Assembly (NCBI GenBank): GCA_049999805.1
Contig: JBNGIO010006371.1
Span: 469,049 to 533,048, forward strand
Direction of reading: 5' to 3'
DNA: 64,000 nt
Origin: Folioceros fuciformis
Lineage: Eukaryota
Part shown: one piece after another, positions 59,571-64,000 of the stretch
Position numbering within the stretch: the first letter of the stretch is position 1
Layout: each line of letters opens with the position of its first letter
Notes under the pieces: generated by a model
The model's database searches: none
The model's input: only the letters and a program-made list of their open reading frames with translations
Told to the model about the DNA's origin: nothing
Position numbers and translations under genes: made by a program

Positions 59571-60935
59571 GTCTTCATCAGATCTCAAACACGCACTATT
59601 GGCGGGTAGGTTGATGGTAACACTGCTTTGAGTTGGTTCTGGGAAGCATATCTCATCAGAGGGAACGATGGCTCTGGAACGCGCAAGAGGAGCTCTTGCA
59701 GATTCTCACCTGAACACAGCTGTGCTGGATGACGTTCAGACTGCCAAAAGGTTGTCCAACGAAATGTTGTATTTGACAAAAGTCCTGGAGAATTCTGTAT
59801 GATGCAGATGGTCGGAGGCGCTTCCGCCTGACCAGCAAAAGGATTTTCGTCAGTCAGTCAGACAGTCAGGTAGCATTCTAGAGTCATTGGACCGTCTTTT
59901 TTTCATGTGAGAGGCCGAATCTGCGTCCTCTTCACTAGCTAGCGGGTGATGCTCTTTCTGGTAGTCAGGTTGGATTCTTGAGTCCAAAAGACGAAACACT
60001 GCACAGAACCATTTAGGAATTAACGACGATTTTCATTAAGTTACAATCGATCATGACAGCTCTACCATTAAGGCGCGTAAGCATCACAGCTCGACGCAGG
60101 AATTAAGAGAAATCGTGAATCCATGTAGTCAAACAGGCTTCTCGAGCAACAAAGACAGTGGACCATGGATCTGGTTAATGGTAACTGTGCACTTTTCGTG
60201 CTCACTACAAAATAAGTGTAATGCGCTCTTCCTCTTGAGTTGCACGTTTACGAGTGTCCCTACTGCAGATGAGGGAAACCTGGTAGATCAGTCTGGCTGC
60301 TAGCAATGCTAGACTACGTATAGCACGATGATTCTTTTTACTACTAGCAACAGACGTGTATTATTTATGTGGTGACACACTCAGTATAAGATTCGGCAAG
60401 GAACAAATTGAAACAATTCTCTTGAGAGGTAACAGCACAAGATTTATCATGCAGAACTTTATTTCTCTGAGAATCGACACTTCAAGGTCGAATGGTTCCA
60501 CTCCTGTTGGATAGTTAGTGAGTTGCTATACTGACACAACATTTCATGGTAGACGGCACAGGCCAGAGCTATGGTGTCATTCTCGATACGCAAATTCATT
60601 ATTCGACGACTTGGAATAAGCAGACTGTAACAATGTACTTGAAGGGGTGAAAGGCTTGATTTATTATGCAGATGGTTACATATCTCGGAATTGAATCTTC
60701 GAGGTAGACTGAATCCACTCTTGTTGGATGGTGAGGTTCTATCCTGACAACGTTCTTGGTTGGTGGTACAGGAGCAAGTCCTCCCTCATGTAAGAGCTAT
60801 GAGATAACTTATCAAAAGTGAACGAATTGCTCTCTGCCTCTACTGTTCGTTTAGTAACCCACGCAGAGCCTAGACTGAGACCTATCCAGACTTGTTGGCC
60901 ATTTCACGGTCTACCTGGTGGAAAAGAACCTTAGA

Positions 60936-63900
60936 TCATTGCATGACGGTTTCCAAGTGTGCAGAGGGCGGAAGCTGTACCTCCTGAGCACAAAACAAGA
61001 AGCCTGGCGTTACAACACTGATCGAAAGAAAAGAGCTCATATCCCTTTGAAGTGAGGATGATAATATGAGAAATTAAGAACCTTACCTCCGAGGACGTGG
61101 GAGAAGCTGCAGTATTCACTGGCATTCCTCTCTTCTCATTCAGAAGCTGTCGACGCATGCTCTGAGAGAGTTTCTTCGTAATCATCCTGGTCTTCTCCTT
61201 GGATTTACCAGTGATAGGAGTTTTGTAGCCCTCCTGGTGTTTCTTGAGCACAGATGTCTTGCCACTAGCACAACGGCCTTCGACGTACTCTTTGTCCGCA
61301 GAAATGGGAACAAAATCTCGAGCGGCGATGGACAAGTGCTTCTCTTTCTCCTCTAGTCTTCTCCTCGCAGTAGCCTCCATTGTCCTCTCCAGGTATTGCC
61401 GTCTGCCGAAAAACTTGATCACATGCTTGGGAGCCTTCTGCTTATTACTTACAACACGAACAGGCTCTCGGGAAGCAGCCGCTGCGACAGAGGTAGGCAC
61501 GGCAGCTTCCATCGATTGTTCCTCAGAACTTGGTGGCTCATCCGTTGATTCGACGTCTACAAGCTCTCTGTAGACCGCCACAGGCGGTACCGGAGAGCTG
61601 GCCAGAGCGGCTTCAACGACTCCTGTCTTGTGAACTCCAGCATTTCCTGGCTCAGGACACGGAACTACAGATTTTCCATTCACACGCAGCGGTGTCCCGA
61701 ATTCCCTCGCAGATTCACTTCTCTTCTTTGCTAGTACATCTTCCCTCAGGGCTTTCTTCTGTTTGATCGCCTTCTGTAGAGAGCGTAGCGACTGTGGCTG
61801 CTCATGCTGGAAAGGAGTTTTCTTGTAATCATTCTTGCGCTGTGGCACTGGCTGAGCAAAACTCGTGACCTCTTTAGCTGGTTCCACAATGCTGCAATAA
61901 CAAAACGTCAGTGCAACAGCAGGGATGAGGACTCTCAAGACAGAACGAGCTTAACGAGACCAAGAGTGTACCTTTCAATCTGAAAGGGAGGCAGTTCTAC
62001 TTCCTGAAACGACAACACCGATGATCACAAGAAGGTTAGATCAGAAACAGTCACACTGATACAAGACGAAGAAAGCGAAGCCACTTACCATTTCTTGGGC
62101 AGGGCTCGAGGGAGTGTCGTCGGCATCTATATTTGGACGCCGATCTGGGGACTCGTTCGGGTCTGCTGATTCCGGTGATGAAGCACCTTCATCTGAGTCA
62201 TATTCGTCTGGTGGACTGGCCAAGTCTGATTCGTGATGAGAAGCACCTGCAAGTAACTCGTCAGGCTCCTCAGTCTTCCTATCAAGACCAACTTCACTGT
62301 TGAGAGCTTTCTGCAACTGAGAACCATGATTTGTCACGAAAGCATTTCCACTTCCATGCAGATCTATTTCCTCCTCCACTACACTGTCCTCATTGAAAAG
62401 TTGATTCGATTCCTCGACCTCGACGGCCGGGCCTTCCTGCAATTCAATACTCGGCTCCGCCTGGGAAGCACCTTCACTTCCAGGGAGGTCTATTGCATCC
62501 TCCATGACAGAGTCTGTAACAAGGGCTGCCGTCCTGACCCCATCCAGGGACGTCATCCTGGCATCTAAAGCTGCATCAACAGTCGGTGCAGGGACTCGTC
62601 GCACCATCCGTTCATCAGTCTGATAGTCCACAACTTCTACATCGGAACCATTAGGTAGAGGCGTGTTCTTCTTATCCACTGGTGCATCAACTCGACTCCC
62701 AGTAATCCCTGCCGACTCATCCTCAACATCGTCCTCATCCGAATCCTTCGGGCCAAATTCATTGACTGTAACAGCTTGTTCGGAACGCTTGACTTCCTTA
62801 GTCAAATCAATAATCTCCGGGCAGACATCCAGCGCAGACAACCCATCACCTGCAGTTTGGGTCATACCATTTGACAGTTGAAGACATTCGACAGATTCTC
62901 TCATTGATCGGTCGGCACCAGGCTCCAAAATCGCATCAGAAGTATTCTCCACAGACTGAAAACCTCTATTCGAATCAGAAGGTTGCTCCACAATGCATGC
63001 ATGGTTATCCTCAGTCTCATGTTTACGTGCACAAACCATTCTTCCCGCCGAACACTGCTGGCCCTCATGTGCATCAGCATCTTCACCATGATCCTTGACG
63101 ACAGCTTTGATCAAGCTGTTTGTGCACTCCTGACCTGATTTACACATACACAACAGTGGGTTGGGTAAAGCACGCTAATTTGATGATTGCTGAGCCCGGC
63201 AATGCTAGGTACGGACCTTCACTACAGTTGCTCACGATTGGCAGACGAGCTAATGCCGCCAAGATCTCGGCGGAGAAACCCATTGGCTGAGCAGAAGAAT
63301 CACAGGGCACAAGGTTTAGGGCAGGGAGAGACTCTTGTTCGACATCTTCCTGCCCAGCAATACTGCATTCCTGGATGATCGACGACTTGTCAAACCCCTC
63401 GTTGCTCTCCAAAGGCTCCAGTTCTCTTAGTCTTACTTTGTGTTCTTCTAGAGCTTTTACCGCTGGATCCTGGACGGTTGTAGGAACGGGATCCAAGATC
63501 ATGGAATCGTCCCCCAGGGCACTAATATGCAAGCTCACATCGTCAACCAGCTCAGACTGGCACTTTTCAGCACTGTCCACTGCAAAGCAACGGACATCTT
63601 CCTGCAACATCAAATCAAAGAAGAAACTTGCGAATTAACACAAACCCTAGACACAACATCCAGCTGATAACAGACATCGAGACAGAACGGTTGATGCCTA
63701 TACCTTATCTGCATTACAAGGGTCGCAATCGTCAACAACTTTCAGAATGGGAACAATTTCCTTAACACTAGCAGCTTCAAATTCTGGGTCTACTGAGATC
63801 TCCGGGATAGTAGGTAGCGCAACTTGAACTTCCTCGGAAACAATGAGATCATCACTGGAGGCTGAGAACTCTTCTCTGCATCCCTCTGCCTTGAGAGTGC

Positions 63901-64000
63901 CCTCCTGTTGCAGCGGGTGCTCACCTGTAGAGTCGTGCTCAGATGCACTCTGCTTCAAAGACCCGCATTCCTTAACTTCACTACCATGAGCTTCAAGCTC
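60936..64000 (-). CDS. 3' part of a large hypothetical acidic, probably disordered protein; 5' end lies outside the window
   Basis: Phase-compatible GT-AG exons >64000-63704, 63601-63217, 63134-62089, 62003-61972, 61891-61087, 60983-60936 (stop). No domain recognised. Confidence 0.7.

Noticed and set aside
58869-59588. 239-aa Arg-rich ORF antisense to SmB
   Set aside because: Mirror of the Pro/Gly-rich tail.

Overview
Gene-dense eukaryotic nuclear DNA from a seed-free land plant, most likely a hornwort. The basis is short GT-AG introns and PLS-PPR genes with 37-aa 'LL'-type motifs and a PGxSWWTD C-terminus; the taxon is an inference. Genes in order: half-size ABCG transporter, an unknown two-exon gene with two PAH/harmonin-like helical domains, plastid-targeted LEA-like protein, class II O-methyltransferase, a bacterial-type erythromycin-esterase-family gene, selenium-binding protein/methanethiol oxidase, divergent PLATZ gene, convergent pair of pectin methylesterases, tandem PLS-E+ PPR array (two long ORFs and one relic), F-box gene, SAUR, head-to-head RPL12/RPP1, SmB, and the 3' part of a large unknown acidic protein. 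Degenerate Ty3/gypsy, probable copia and non-LTR remnants and several minisatellites lie between genes. The most unusual element is the esterase-family gene. It has a spliceosomal intron, a +1 frameshift and an apparent internal deletion, and it sits between the O-methyltransferase and the methanethiol-oxidase homolog; it is a candidate horizontal transfer. All family assignments come from remembered motifs, and no database search was run.
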